Program-made: the position numbers and the translations under genes
Notes under the pieces: model-generated
What the model was told of the DNA's origin: nothing
Databases searched by the model: none
Seen by the model: the letters and a program-made list of their open reading frames with translations, nothing else
In this document: piece after piece, positions 1 through 9,372 of the stretch
Layout: each line of letters begins with the position of its first letter
Numbering within the stretch: position 1 is the first letter of the stretch
Assembly: GCA_034437375.1 (NCBI GenBank)
Contig: DAOTUK010000064.1
Span: forward strand, 604 to 64,603
From: Chloroflexaceae bacterium
Lineage (GTDB): Bacteria; Chloroflexota; Chloroflexia; Chloroflexales; Chloroflexaceae
Length of the DNA stretch: 64,000 bases
Reading direction: 5' to 3'

Positions 1-684
1 AGTAGCAATATCCGGGGGGAAAATATCGTGGTCTGTCTTCCCGATAACCTGTTCTGGCGTCAGGTGGAAGAGGCGTAAATACTGCTGGTTGACCAGCATG
101 TACTGGCCGTGTCTATCCTTGACATACGCCACTGCGGGTACACTATCCAGCACATGTTGCAAGAGCTTCTGGCTCCATTGCAAGGCCTCCCCGGTCTGCT
201 TGCGCTCGGTAATGTCAAGGATATAGCCGACATAGTGGGTAACGGTGCCCGCACTATCGCGGATGATAGAGGTATAATCATAAATCCAGCGCGGTTCGCC
301 ATCGGCGTTGAGCAGACGGTATTCCTGCTCAAAGAATGCGCGGCCTTCGGCGCTATAGGTGGCGACCTCGTTTCCCACCCGTTCCAGATCTTCGGGATAG
401 ACAATGGTCGGGTAGGGTACGCGACCACTGAGAAAGTCATCGGCGGTATAGCCAAAGCGGGCCACATTGAGCGAAACGTATTCGACGGGCCACCCCTCGC
501 GGGCGTCCCACTTGAACAAAACAACCGGCCCATCGAGAAAGGGGTGTAACACGTGGGCGGTTATATCAGACGTTGTGGTCTGTTGCTGGCAGAGATCGCG
601 CTCGTGGCTGATCACTGCTATCTGTTCACGCAACCGTTGATTTTCCTGCTGTAACGCTTCAATAGTCTGCTGGTCACTTGCCAT
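1..684 (-). CDS. PAS-domain sensor protein, N-terminal part (3' end runs off the window)
   Basis: Not in the supplied ORF track because there is no stop in the window. I reverse-complemented bases 684-1. The frame is open for 228 codons from the ATG at 684-682. It reads MASDQQTIEALQQENQRLREQIAVISHE (coiled-coil-like), then two PAS-like blocks: ...GWPVEYVSLNVARFGYTADDFLSGRVPYPTIVYPEDLERV...EYRLLNADGEPRWIYDYTSIIRDSAGTVTHYVGYILDITERK, and LLQHVLDSVPAVAYVKDRHGQYMLVNQQYLRLFHLTPEQVIGKTDHDIFPPDIAT. Confidence 0.8.
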   Translation of the reverse strand, partial: MASDQQTIEALQQENQRLREQIAVISHERDLCQQQTTTSDITAHVLHPFLDGPVVLFKWDAREGWPVEYVSLNVARFGYTADDFLSGRVPYPTIVYPEDLERVGNEVATYSAEGRAFFEQEYRLLNADGEPRWIYDYTSIIRDSAGTVTHYVGYILDITERKQTGEALQWSQKLLQHVLDSVPAVAYVKDRHGQYMLVNQQYLRLFHLTPEQVIGKTDHDIFPPDIAT

Positions 685-876
685 GGTTTCCAGGCTCCTT
701 TGCTGTTACTTATATTTAGCCCTGGTTGGCAGAGCGCGTGTGTCGTACTTTTCCGTTCTTGCATTGTTGTATTGTACCCTGGTATAACGTTGTCGTGTAC
801 TCAATACAACGATAGTTTTTGGTATCTTTGTCGTATGCAAGGAGTCGTGCAGAATGGGAAGAGCAGCTTTTTTTAC

Positions 877-890
877 CCTGGGAGCGCGAG
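877..890. repeat. Isolated half-copy of the CCTGGGAGCGCG(A/G)GC palindromic-element core
   Basis: cctgggagcgcgag at 877-890 matches the core found at 26119-26175, 41451-41585 and 51944-52032. No matching closing arm was seen nearby. Confidence 0.35.
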
Positions 891-945
891 TATCCCCACC
901 GCCCCGGCGCGCGTGGGATAGCCGCGCTTGTAGAAAGCGCCTCCT

Positions 946-1119
946 CCCCTACTTGTCAGGGCGATTGCAACGTCGCTCTGGCGACGACAGACGACGGCTT
1001 TTCCGTATTCGCAACCGTTGGTTTGCGCCTTCAGCGCGAAATATGGGGGGGCACAGCGCCTCAAACTCCCCACGCATTCTCGTTGACGTAAGACGTTGCA
1101 ATCACCCTTCCCTACTTGT
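946..1119. mobile_element. MITE-like element: 16-bp terminal inverted repeats flanked by 9-bp direct repeats
   Basis: gggcgattgcaacgtc (959-974) versus gacgttgcaatcaccc (1092-1107) gives 15/16 complementary positions. cctacttgt occurs directly outside both arms (948-956 and 1111-1119). The element lies in the 500-bp PAS/trxB intergenic region and has no coding capacity. Confidence 0.35.
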
Positions 1120-1201
1120 GAACATGTACGGGTATGGTACAATTGGTACTATAATTCAGATGCATTGGCTGATTGATAGAAATTGATGGAATAGTTATAG
1201 T

Positions 1202-2173
1202 GTGCAGAAGGGAACCCATATGAGTGAAAACGGAGTCTATGATGTGGTGATTATCGGGGGTGGGCCGGCCGGCTCTGCGGCCGCCATCTATACCGCACGA
1301 GCCGACCTGCGTACCCTCGTAATAGATAAGGGGCTTACCGCCGGCGCCCTTGGCGTTACCAGTAAGATCAGTAACTACCCCGGCGTCGCTGGTACAGTCA
1401 CCGGTGCGGAAATAGTCGAGATAATTCGCCAGCAAGCCGAATCCTTTGGCGCAGAATATCTCAACGATAAAGTGGTCGGAGTAGATTTAAACTCCGATCC
1501 CAAGCAGGTATTTAGTGGCTCCAATGCCTTTCAAACCAGAACCATTATCCTGGCGACCGGCTCTATGGGGCGCACCAATACCGTACCCGGCGAGCAGGAA
1601 CTGCTTGGGCGCGGCGTGAGCTATTGTGCTACCTGTGATGGCGCGTTCTTCCGCAACCGCCCCGTTGCAGTAGTGGGCAACAACGATGAGGCGTTGGAAG
1701 AAACCCTGTTCCTCACAAAATTTGTGAGCCAGGCGCATCTCATTGTCCCCACTCCGGAGTTTAAGGCCAGCCAACACCTGGCCCATGAAGTGCGCGAACA
1801 CCCGAATATCACCATCCATATGGGGACGCGGCTCAAGGGGATAGGGGGAAGCGAGAAGGTGGAGCATGTGCGGGTACAATCACGCGAGAGCAAAGAAGAA
1901 GAACAGCTTGCGGTAGATGGCGTGTTTATCTTCCTGCAAGGTGCAAAGCCAATTACCGACTACCTGATGGGGCAGATAGAGACAACCGAGACAGGCTGTC
2001 TGCGCGTAGACCGCGAAATGCAAACGAGCATACCGGGCGTCTTTGCGGTGGGCGATTTGCTCTGCTCACACATCAAACAGGCGGTTATTGCCGCGGCCGA
2101 AGGGGTTACGGCTGCCATATCCATAGACAAATATGTGCATGGGCGCACAAAGGCGCAAACCGACTGGTCGTAG
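1202..2173 (+). CDS. trxB: Thioredoxin-disulfide reductase
   Basis: YDVVIIGGGPAGSAAAIYTARA FAD fold, redox-active CATCDG motif, second dinucleotide fold VAVVGNNDEALEE, and C-terminal GVFAVGD. The ATG at 1220 (MSENG...) is a likelier start than the GTG at 1202. Confidence 0.9.
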   Translation: MQKGTHMSENGVYDVVIIGGGPAGSAAAIYTARADLRTLVIDKGLTAGALGVTSKISNYPGVAGTVTGAEIVEIIRQQAESFGAEYLNDKVVGVDLNSDPKQVFSGSNAFQTRTIILATGSMGRTNTVPGEQELLGRGVSYCATCDGAFFRNRPVAVVGNNDEALEETLFLTKFVSQAHLIVPTPEFKASQHLAHEVREHPNITIHMGTRLKGIGGSEKVEHVRVQSRESKEEEQLAVDGVFIFLQGAKPITDYLMGQIETTETGCLRVDREMQTSIPGVFAVGDLLCSHIKQAVIAAAEGVTAAISIDKYVHGRTKAQTDWS

Positions 2174-2221
2174 TATGCGACCGCGTTCTTAACCGACTCG
2201 CTACACGCCAGATAGGGCCCC

Positions 2222-3274
2222 TCAATGCTCGCTCAACACCGTCTCGTGCGCCTGCATCCCAAAATCATCAAACCAGCGTGCCACCTCTTGCGGCGACACA
2301 CAACAACCACGCTGGATTGCACGGCGCTTGCGCAGCATACGCGGCAACCCCCGCAACGCGGCCCCATCTGCCCGCAACGCAACCCGCACCAGATCCGCCG
2401 CCCCAAACGTCGCGGCCCGCTCCCCCGCGGGTTGGCTCCCCCCGCGGCGCGGGCGAAAGAGCGTATGCCGCGCCTGGGCCCCATACCGGCTGGTGGTATA
2501 CCAGGGAACCTGCATCAACCGCGCCAGGGGGAAATTCTTGGCCGCCAACCAGATGCGGTTGCGCTCAAACAAAAACCACTTCATCAACGGCTTTTTGCTC
2601 CACCCCGCCGAATGGTAATGGAACACCACCGCCGACGGTACCAGCAATGCCCGCCACCCCTGCAAGCGGGCCCGCAACCCCAGATCCAGATCTTCCAGAA
2701 AACTGCCGAAATCCTCATCAAACCCGCCCACCTGGTCAAGCATCGCCTTGCGATAGAAGGCCGCCGACCCGCTTGGGGCCAATACCTCCTCCAGGCTATC
2801 ATACTGGCCCTCGTCCGCCTGGCCGCCCCCCCGCGCCCGGCACATCCCATCCCCATACATCATCAACCCCACCGAATCTATCGTCCGGCTCTGCATGCGC
2901 AACACCTTGCACGCACACATCCCGATAGAAGGGGGCAACTCTATCGCCCGCACCAGACGCTCCACACAACGCGGCTCAAGGTAGGTATCCTCGTTGAGCA
3001 GCAAAATATAGTGTCCCCGCGCCTCGCGCACGCCGCGATTAAACGCCACCGCATAGCCCGCGTTCCAATCGTGGCGGATAAGCCGCACCGAGGGATAGTG
3101 CGCCGCAACAAACGCGACGGAATCATCCGTCGAGTCGTTATCCACTACCAGCACCTCTCGGTGTGGGTAGGTCTGGGCAAAGAGCGAATCAAGATTGGCT
3201 TGCAGAAAGTCGCGCCCGTTATAATTGATCACAATGACCGACACAAGCCGATCAGGGTAGGGGTGTTCTTGCAC
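2222..3274 (-). CDS. Family 2 glycosyltransferase
   Basis: VSVIVINYNGRDFLQANLDSLFAQTYPHREVLVVDNDSTDDS is a GT2 N-terminus. LLLNEDT provides the DxD-like site. Confidence 0.85.
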   Translation of the reverse strand: MQEHPYPDRLVSVIVINYNGRDFLQANLDSLFAQTYPHREVLVVDNDSTDDSVAFVAAHYPSVRLIRHDWNAGYAVAFNRGVREARGHYILLLNEDTYLEPRCVERLVRAIELPPSIGMCACKVLRMQSRTIDSVGLMMYGDGMCRARGGGQADEGQYDSLEEVLAPSGSAAFYRKAMLDQVGGFDEDFGSFLEDLDLGLRARLQGWRALLVPSAVVFHYHSAGWSKKPLMKWFLFERNRIWLAAKNFPLARLMQVPWYTTSRYGAQARHTLFRPRRGGSQPAGERAATFGAADLVRVALRADGAALRGLPRMLRKRRAIQRGCCVSPQEVARWFDDFGMQAHETVLSEH

Positions 3275-4265
3275 TGTTCCTCCTGAATGGTTGCAGCAAC
3301 TTCTCGCGCCAACGCGGGCCTATCCAATCCCGCGTCATCATACCCGCAATAGCATCAAGCGAAACCCGCCGTTGCTGTTGAATACTTGTGCGCTTTTGCA
3401 AGGTGACCCCCAGAGCGCCAAAGGCATCCCGTTTGGCCTGGATGAATGACGCCAGACGTCCCCTGGTCGCAAAAAACGCCAACCCCATCGCCGTATGCAA
3501 CAGATGGGCCGGTAACCCCTGCACCAGCAAGGGGTAGGGCATATTCTTCACAAACGTCAAGACCAGATTGCGGTGGCCATAGTAGACGTAGGTATGGCTA
3601 TACGTGCCCATGGTGGCATTAACCTTGTGGTACACTATCGCCGTCGGCACATACCGGCAGCGATAGCCCTTCAACTGGGCCCGGAAACTCAGGTCAAGAT
3701 CTTCGAAAATCAGAAAGAAATCCTCGTCCAGAAGCCCCACATCGTCCAGCAAGGCGCGGCGATAGACCGCCGCCCCCCCACAGGCCCCAAACACCTCGGC
3801 CGGCTCGGTATAGCGCGTGGCCGGCTCCAGTCGCCCGCGCTTGCCTCCCGCCCCGCTAATCGAATAATAGTCGCCGGCCGAGTCAATGATGGTGCGTTGA
3901 TCAAACAGTAGCATCTTGGAAGCGCAAAACCCTACCGTGGGGTGCTGCTCGAATACGCGCACCATCTCCCCGGCCCACGCTTCGTCTACCTCGGTATCGT
4001 TGTTCAAGAGCGCAATATACTCGCCACGGGCCGCACGAATACCCACATTGTTACCCGCGCAAAACCCCTGGTTGGTGGAAAGCGCTACCACCTGTACCCA
4101 CGGAAAATGGGCCCGGACGTAGGACACCGACCCATCCGTCGAACCATTGTCCACCAGGATAATTTCCAGGTCGTCATAGGTCTGGCGGGCCAGCGAACGC
4201 AGGCAACAGTCGAGATGGTGTTTGCCATTCCAGTTGAGCACAATCACACTGAGCATCGGTATCAC
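3252..4265 (-). CDS. Family 2 glycosyltransferase
   Basis: LSVIVLNWNGKHHLDCCLRSLARQTYDDLEIILVDNGSTDGS and ALLNNDTEV. It is a paralogue-like neighbour of the 2222-3274 gene. Confidence 0.85.
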   Translation of the reverse strand: MIPMLSVIVLNWNGKHHLDCCLRSLARQTYDDLEIILVDNGSTDGSVSYVRAHFPWVQVVALSTNQGFCAGNNVGIRAARGEYIALLNNDTEVDEAWAGEMVRVFEQHPTVGFCASKMLLFDQRTIIDSAGDYYSISGAGGKRGRLEPATRYTEPAEVFGACGGAAVYRRALLDDVGLLDEDFFLIFEDLDLSFRAQLKGYRCRYVPTAIVYHKVNATMGTYSHTYVYYGHRNLVLTFVKNMPYPLLVQGLPAHLLHTAMGLAFFATRGRLASFIQAKRDAFGALGVTLQKRTSIQQQRRVSLDAIAGMMTRDWIGPRWREKLLQPFRRNSARTPLP

Positions 4266-4271
4266 AATCTG

Positions 4272-5309
4272 CTACGACTTTCTGCCAAGCCGCGGGTGTA
4301 CCCTGGTATCCAGCGCATAGCGCAGCGTACCGCGCACCCCGCGAAATCGCACAATCAGGTGGGCCACCACCAGCAATGTCTGGAGCCGCCCCGATAGCTC
4401 GATCCCGGCCAGCATAAGCCCATCGCGCCAGGTAGGCGTACGCAACCAGCCGGCTGCACCATCCAGAAAGGCCCGTTGCTCCCGCCGTACCCGTCCCCAC
4501 GCCGCCTGGCTTACCGCGCCCAACCAGATATTCTCACGGAACGTTACATAATCGGGCGGGAAGACATCGCGGTATTCAGAGCGCATTAACGCTATCGTGC
4601 GGTCAATGAGCGTCAGCGCATGCTGTGTGTTGGCTATGCCGCTGCCCCCATAGCCCATATCCATCTTGCGCCAGGCTACCAGCGGCTCTGGAATAAAGCA
4701 GGCCCCATAGCGCAACGGCAATACCTGGTACACCAACCAATCGCAAATAAACTCTAGCTCTGGACGAAACCCGCCCATCTCCAAGAGCGCCTTGCGCCGC
4801 ACCACGGCGGTTGTTCCATACACCCACCAGCCATACTGCCGCAACAAGTGCAACCCGCGCTCTGGCGTAATGAAATCGGGGCGCGACGTAACCACCGGCC
4901 CCGGCACCCGCCCTTGCTCGCGTCCCTGCGCGTCAATGGCAAGCGAGAGGGTTGAGCACAGCCCCGCCTGGGGATACTGTGCCAGCAGGCGCATGGTCTT
5001 TTCGTAAAAGCCCGGCAAGACGCGGTCGTCGGCGGCGGCAAGATGAATGAAATCGCCAGTCACGAGCGCGAGGCTTTCATTTGCCGAAGCAATAACCCCC
5101 TGGTTCTGCGCGTGGCGCACCAGACGCACATGCGGCGCATCTCGTTGCAGGCGTTCGACAATTGCAACGCTGTTGTCAGTGGAACCATCATCAATAACCA
5201 GGATTTCGTGCGGTTGGTACGACTGGTTGAGCATGGCCTCTAGCGCCGCACCGAGATAGTGCGCGTGGTTATAGTTGGGCATTATCACCGATAGGGTCGG
5301 CTCGCGCAT
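4272..5309 (-). CDS. Family 2 glycosyltransferase
   Basis: LSVIMPNYNHAHYLGAALEAMLNQSYQPHEILVIDDGSTDNS. I chose the start at the internal Met (MREPTLSV, 5309) so the gene does not overlap the upstream gene ending at 5336. The track ORF extends to 5363. Confidence 0.8.
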   Translation of the reverse strand: MREPTLSVIMPNYNHAHYLGAALEAMLNQSYQPHEILVIDDGSTDNSVAIVERLQRDAPHVRLVRHAQNQGVIASANESLALVTGDFIHLAAADDRVLPGFYEKTMRLLAQYPQAGLCSTLSLAIDAQGREQGRVPGPVVTSRPDFITPERGLHLLRQYGWWVYGTTAVVRRKALLEMGGFRPELEFICDWLVYQVLPLRYGACFIPEPLVAWRKMDMGYGGSGIANTQHALTLIDRTIALMRSEYRDVFPPDYVTFRENIWLGAVSQAAWGRVRREQRAFLDGAAGWLRTPTWRDGLMLAGIELSGRLQTLLVVAHLIVRFRGVRGTLRYALDTRVHPRLGRKS

Positions 5310-5335
5310 AGCGGTATGCTCCTCTGGATAAACGC

Positions 5336-6523
5336 TCACGATAAGGCCGGTGGCCTGTGCCACTGCGCTTGTGGGTTGCTGTGCTGCATCCGCTGTTGCA
5401 CGGCCTCTGCCAGCGCCGGGGCCAGCGCCAGAAAGACATGTCCTCCGGCTGGCACATCCTGGGGGTGATAGATGGGCACATCCATATAGCGGCTGCCGGC
5501 GCGGTTGGGGTCTTCGTCAACAAAAAAGCGCACCTGTCCCGCCAATTCATTAAACAGCCACGTTGCCGCAATGGATGTACCAAACAGGCCGGCCTCGCCC
5601 TGTGCCGCACATTCCCGCGCTGCGGCGACCACCGATTGGAGCCACGCAACCCGGCGACCAATCGCCTCGAATGGCTCGGCCCGTAGCGCGGCCTCGAACG
5701 GGGGGGGGGAGCGCGTTTCTCCCGCCTTGCGGGCCACCACGCTTATTTCCTTGGCGATCCAATCGGTTGCCAACGCTTCTACGGTATACCCGGCGTGCTC
5801 AAGCACCATCTGCACACTCGCCGCAGAAAAATGCGTGCTGTGGTCGGCAATCAACAATTCAAACGGATTTTGCGTATGATCCGGCACTTCTATCAATAAC
5901 AAGCCGTCATCATCCAGTTTGCCATGCAGCGTCGTCAGAAATGCGATGGGTGATGGGATGTGTTCCAGCACGTGTATCATGCTGATAAGCTGGAACTGGC
6001 CCGGCACCTCGGCCGGCGAACAGGTGTACAGCGCTTCCACCCCCGCTATCTGCTCGACTACGGCGCGGTAGAGGTCGTTAAACTCGGTACCGGCCAGGGC
6101 CCAGGTGGGCCGCATCTGGTTGAATGCCCGCAGCATCGCCCCATTCCCACAGCCAATATCGAGCAAGCGCCCCCGCTCTGGCAACGCCACGTGGGACAGC
6201 ACGCGCTCAAGCAGGCGTGCCGAACGCGAGGCGGCCTGGCCGGACGCTTGCTCAAACACGGCCTGCTCAACCCCGCCGCTCTGGTGGTAAATGGTATAGC
6301 CGGCATAAATGCGCTCAATATCCTGTTGCCAGTCGGCATCTATCACTTTCTGTACACACCCGCACCGCCGACACACGCCCAACCGCCCCCCCGCTGGCCA
6401 CGGCTTGCAATCGGAGGTGACGCGGTGAAACTGGGCAAAGGCTGGCATTTCTACCACCGCTTGCGCGGTACACACGTGGCAGGGTGTTGGCGAAATGGGT
6501 AAGGTATCCACATCCAGGGTCAT
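5336..6523 (-). CDS. Class I SAM-dependent methyltransferase with N-terminal 4-Cys zinc-ribbon (NDP-hexose C-methyltransferase-like architecture)
   Basis: CHVC...CRRCGC N-terminal Cys pairs, the SAM motif LLDIGCGNGAMLRAF, ISMIHVLEHIP, and an extra C-terminal domain of about 130 aa. ATGA overlap with the upstream gene at 6520-6523. Confidence 0.75.
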   Translation of the reverse strand: MTLDVDTLPISPTPCHVCTAQAVVEMPAFAQFHRVTSDCKPWPAGGRLGVCRRCGCVQKVIDADWQQDIERIYAGYTIYHQSGGVEQAVFEQASGQAASRSARLLERVLSHVALPERGRLLDIGCGNGAMLRAFNQMRPTWALAGTEFNDLYRAVVEQIAGVEALYTCSPAEVPGQFQLISMIHVLEHIPSPIAFLTTLHGKLDDDGLLLIEVPDHTQNPFELLIADHSTHFSAASVQMVLEHAGYTVEALATDWIAKEISVVARKAGETRSPPPFEAALRAEPFEAIGRRVAWLQSVVAAARECAAQGEAGLFGTSIAATWLFNELAGQVRFFVDEDPNRAGSRYMDVPIYHPQDVPAGGHVFLALAPALAEAVQQRMQHSNPQAQWHRPPALS

Positions 6524-7413
6524 AGGTCAAGCTCCTCGTTCTGCTTATCCTGCCATACCAAATCTATCGTTGTCCAGACATCGGGCGGTTCCAGGCCAAT
6601 CTCCTGCTGCACCCGCGAGGCATCGAGCGTGGTATGCGCGGGCACACATTCAAGCTGAAGGCCCGACTCCGCGCACAGCACCGGTTGCACCAGGGCCGGG
6701 TCTGCGCCAAGCCGGTGGGCGATATGCGCGGCCACCTGGGCATAGGATATATCCTGGGCCGCCGAAAGTTGTAGGATACCCGACAAGCGCAACCGCGCAA
6801 TCTGGTGGAACACCTGGAGCACAGACGAAAGCGGTATCGGCGCGAGCACCATATCGGAGAAGGGGTGGACTGGCTCCCCCGCCCCAAGTGCGCGGGCCCA
6901 TTCCAGCAGACGCGGCATACCCGGCTGCACTATCTTGGTCGGACGCACCACCGCCACCGCCGCCCCCAACGCCAGCAATCGCCGCTCCGTCTCCGCCTTC
7001 TGCCGCCCATACGCGGTACAGGGGGCCGGGGGCGCGTCGGCCGGGGTAAAGGGCACCGACCCATCAAAGACCAGATTGGTTGACGGAAAGATAACAAACG
7101 CCCCCGCGTCCACAAGCCGCTCAGCCAGCGCCACCGTCTGCGTGACGTTAATATGGAAACTCGCCTGGGGGCGCGTGCGGCATTGTTCAAGCGCGGTCAC
7201 ACCAGCGCACAGATAGGCGACCGCCACTCCCTCCGGCCATGTCCAGTCCTCTGGTGCTGCGGCCATATCGAGGAACCAGCGTTGCGGTGACACACTATCA
7301 CGCTGGCGGGTGGTGGCGATAACGGCCTGCCCCGCCTGCTGTGCCTGTCCGACCAGCGCCTGGCCAATAATGCCATCGCCCCCCACGACCAGCGTTATGC
7401 CCGACTGGTTCAC
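6520..7413 (-). CDS. RmlD-like NAD(P)-dependent sugar-nucleotide reductase/epimerase (SDR fold)
   Basis: ITLVVGGDGIIGQAL Rossmann motif and the YGRQK (YxxxK) catalytic motif. I chose the GTG start at 7413, just downstream of the upstream stop at 7418-7420. The track ORF extends to 7488. Confidence 0.6.
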   Translation of the reverse strand: MNQSGITLVVGGDGIIGQALVGQAQQAGQAVIATTRQRDSVSPQRWFLDMAAAPEDWTWPEGVAVAYLCAGVTALEQCRTRPQASFHINVTQTVALAERLVDAGAFVIFPSTNLVFDGSVPFTPADAPPAPCTAYGRQKAETERRLLALGAAVAVVRPTKIVQPGMPRLLEWARALGAGEPVHPFSDMVLAPIPLSSVLQVFHQIARLRLSGILQLSAAQDISYAQVAAHIAHRLGADPALVQPVLCAESGLQLECVPAHTTLDASRVQQEIGLEPPDVWTTIDLVWQDKQNEELDL

Positions 7414-7417
7414 CGCG

Positions 7418-8095
7418 CTACTTCCGGGTACAACAGAGCGCCAGCAGATAGTGCGCCATCGGATAAAAGCCGGTGTGGACGACCTCATCGTTCATTGAGA
7501 AGACAAACACGTTATGGAAATGCTGCTGCATCACGGCTTTGAACTCGTTTCCATCCTTGCAATTGACGTGCCCCGCCTTGCTTGGGGGCGAGGCATACTC
7601 CTGCGATTGGAGCGAGGGCATACCAATAATCAGCGTGCCTTGCGCGTGCAGCGATTGCACCATGTTGCTGATGAAGCGGTGTTCCTCCTCACGGGGGATA
7701 TGTTCTAGCACATCCAGCGCATAGGCCCCATCGAAGTTGCCCGCAACCGGCCCGCTCATCATATCATGCACCTGGCAGGTAAACGACCAGCGCGCATCCA
7801 TGCGCTGCTGCACATCTTCTACAAACACGGGGTCAAAGTCTACCGCGGTCAGGTGGTGAACGTCTTGCAGCACAACCCGTGTGCCAAAGGCATCGGCGCA
7901 CCCCACCTCAAGCACGTGGTTCATACCGCTGAACATCTTGGCGACAAACTTGTACCGCGCCAGCAGGAAGGTCAGCCGCTTCGGGTCGTCGTACCAGACC
8001 TGGTTGCTCATAAGCCCAAGCGGGGTTAGCCCATACCGATCGCGTAGCTCAAGGCAAATCTGATATTGTGGTTCGCGGGTTTGATCATCCGTCAT
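7418..8095 (-). CDS. Class I SAM-dependent methyltransferase
   Basis: VLEVGCADAFGTRVV (SAM motif I), AVDFD, and YALDVLEHIP. ATGA overlap with the next gene at 8092-8095. Confidence 0.75.
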   Translation of the reverse strand: MTDDQTREPQYQICLELRDRYGLTPLGLMSNQVWYDDPKRLTFLLARYKFVAKMFSGMNHVLEVGCADAFGTRVVLQDVHHLTAVDFDPVFVEDVQQRMDARWSFTCQVHDMMSGPVAGNFDGAYALDVLEHIPREEEHRFISNMVQSLHAQGTLIIGMPSLQSQEYASPPSKAGHVNCKDGNEFKAVMQQHFHNVFVFSMNDEVVHTGFYPMAHYLLALCCTRK

Positions 8096-9372
8096 ACCAT
8101 AGTTCCTCTCGTATCATTGGAAGGTTCTGTTTCTTCAGCCGGCGGCTCTGATAATACCACCGTCGCTACCCTATTTAGCACTCCCTTTGCAACTACAAAC
8201 GGGTATCGCGGTATGTGATAGAGCGGGCGTTTGGCTAATACCGCGCGGGCGCCTATCTCGCCCACCAGTTGTCTGAGCGTCAGGCGGGCCAACACTCTGA
8301 GGGAGCGCCCCCCCTTGCGCAACGCTATGCCGGGGAGCCGGCCGGGATAGCGCAAGAGCGACTTGAACCGCTTGTACTTCAGGAATTCCAGCCGAAAGAG
8401 TATCTGCTCAACAATCCGATCTGATTCTGCTTCAACCGCTTCCCACTGGGGCGAGCAATCATCACAATGGAGGCGTACCTTGTGGCGGAAGAATTTGTGA
8501 TGATAGGGGAAGGAGTACAGGCAAAAATCGCTGTATTTGAATGGGCTAAACCGATTGGGGGCAATGTCGAAATCCTGGTACGAGACAGGGCTCATCTCAA
8601 CTCCCAGGATGTCATCGGAATCTTCAACCACATGCATCTTGTCATAGTCCGGGCACGCAACCATGAGGTAGTCATAGTCAATGGAGCCAAACGTGGTATG
8701 CAAATGGCACGGATAAATCAAGAGCGGGTGCATGTGCAAGGCTCGCACCAGGATTCCCTCCTGTTCCACCCGCCAGTAGATGTGCGAGGGTCGTTTATTG
8801 AAGGTTGGCGAATCGGTGTAATATGATTCGGAAACCGGGTGCAGGTATTCCATGGTTATACGCATAAGCTCGCGTGGGGGCAATACCAGCGCCCCCTCTG
8901 GTGTGAGCGGATGGAGCGCTTGCAGGGCGGGGATAAACGTTTCGCGCACAACCCGCAGGCCGGGGCTCAGCACCACTCGTTTGCCCATTTTTGCAAGATG
9001 TAGCACATGGGCCAGTGAGCCATCCGAGAAGAGACTATCGGGCGAAAGGAAGATGAGTGCGGCATCGGCATGGTACGCTGCCCGTATAGCCAGCGAATGA
9101 CAGAATAACAACCCCTCAAAAGCGATGGTATTGGTTGTCTCTTCGGGAATTTCGACGATTTTCACGGGCACCATGGCCTTGAGCCGCGCAAAAGACGGTA
9201 CGTCCTGTATTCGTTCGATGTCGCTCGGCTTGGTATAGATTTTGAACAGCACGTCGTCATCGGGGCCAAAGGCCCCCAGGTTGCCGGGCGACAGCAGGTT
9301 GGGCAGGGCAAAGTTGAGAAACAAATCGCTATATGTTTTGCCCCAGAAAGCTATAATCAGGTGGAATCTCAT
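8092..9372 (-). CDS. Unknown-family protein, paralogue A (GT-A-like motifs; possible glycosyltransferase)
   Basis: Clear paralogue of the 11680-13062 gene. Shared blocks are FHLI..WG..Y.DLFLN.ALP..LSPGNL, IFL(S/T)PDS, PSH(I/L)YW...EGIL.R..H.HPL.IYP and V(V/I)(E/Q)DSD. The start at 9372 (MRFHLI) forms an ATGA overlap with the wzt stop. Confidence 0.6.
   Translation of the reverse strand: MRFHLIIAFWGKTYSDLFLNFALPNLLSPGNLGAFGPDDDVLFKIYTKPSDIERIQDVPSFARLKAMVPVKIVEIPEETTNTIAFEGLLFCHSLAIRAAYHADAALIFLSPDSLFSDGSLAHVLHLAKMGKRVVLSPGLRVVRETFIPALQALHPLTPEGALVLPPRELMRITMEYLHPVSESYYTDSPTFNKRPSHIYWRVEQEGILVRALHMHPLLIYPCHLHTTFGSIDYDYLMVACPDYDKMHVVEDSDDILGVEMSPVSYQDFDIAPNRFSPFKYSDFCLYSFPYHHKFFRHKVRLHCDDCSPQWEAVEAESDRIVEQILFRLEFLKYKRFKSLLRYPGRLPGIALRKGGRSLRVLARLTLRQLVGEIGARAVLAKRPLYHIPRYPFVVAKGVLNRVATVVLSEPPAEETEPSNDTRGTMV

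Noticed and set aside
60-549. Track ORFs 60..533 (-) and 109..549 (+), 146-157 aa
   Set aside because: Neither has recognisable protein features. A third frame on the minus strand is open from 684 to the window edge and reads as a textbook PAS-domain protein. The listed ORFs are therefore out-of-frame or antisense shadows.
2225-3286. 353-aa plus-strand ORF (and nested 2278..2928, 2328..2618) antisense to the first GT2 gene
   Set aside because: The sequences are Pro/Arg/His/Gln-rich low-complexity translations typical of antisense frames in high-GC DNA. The minus-strand frame carries unambiguous GT2 motifs.
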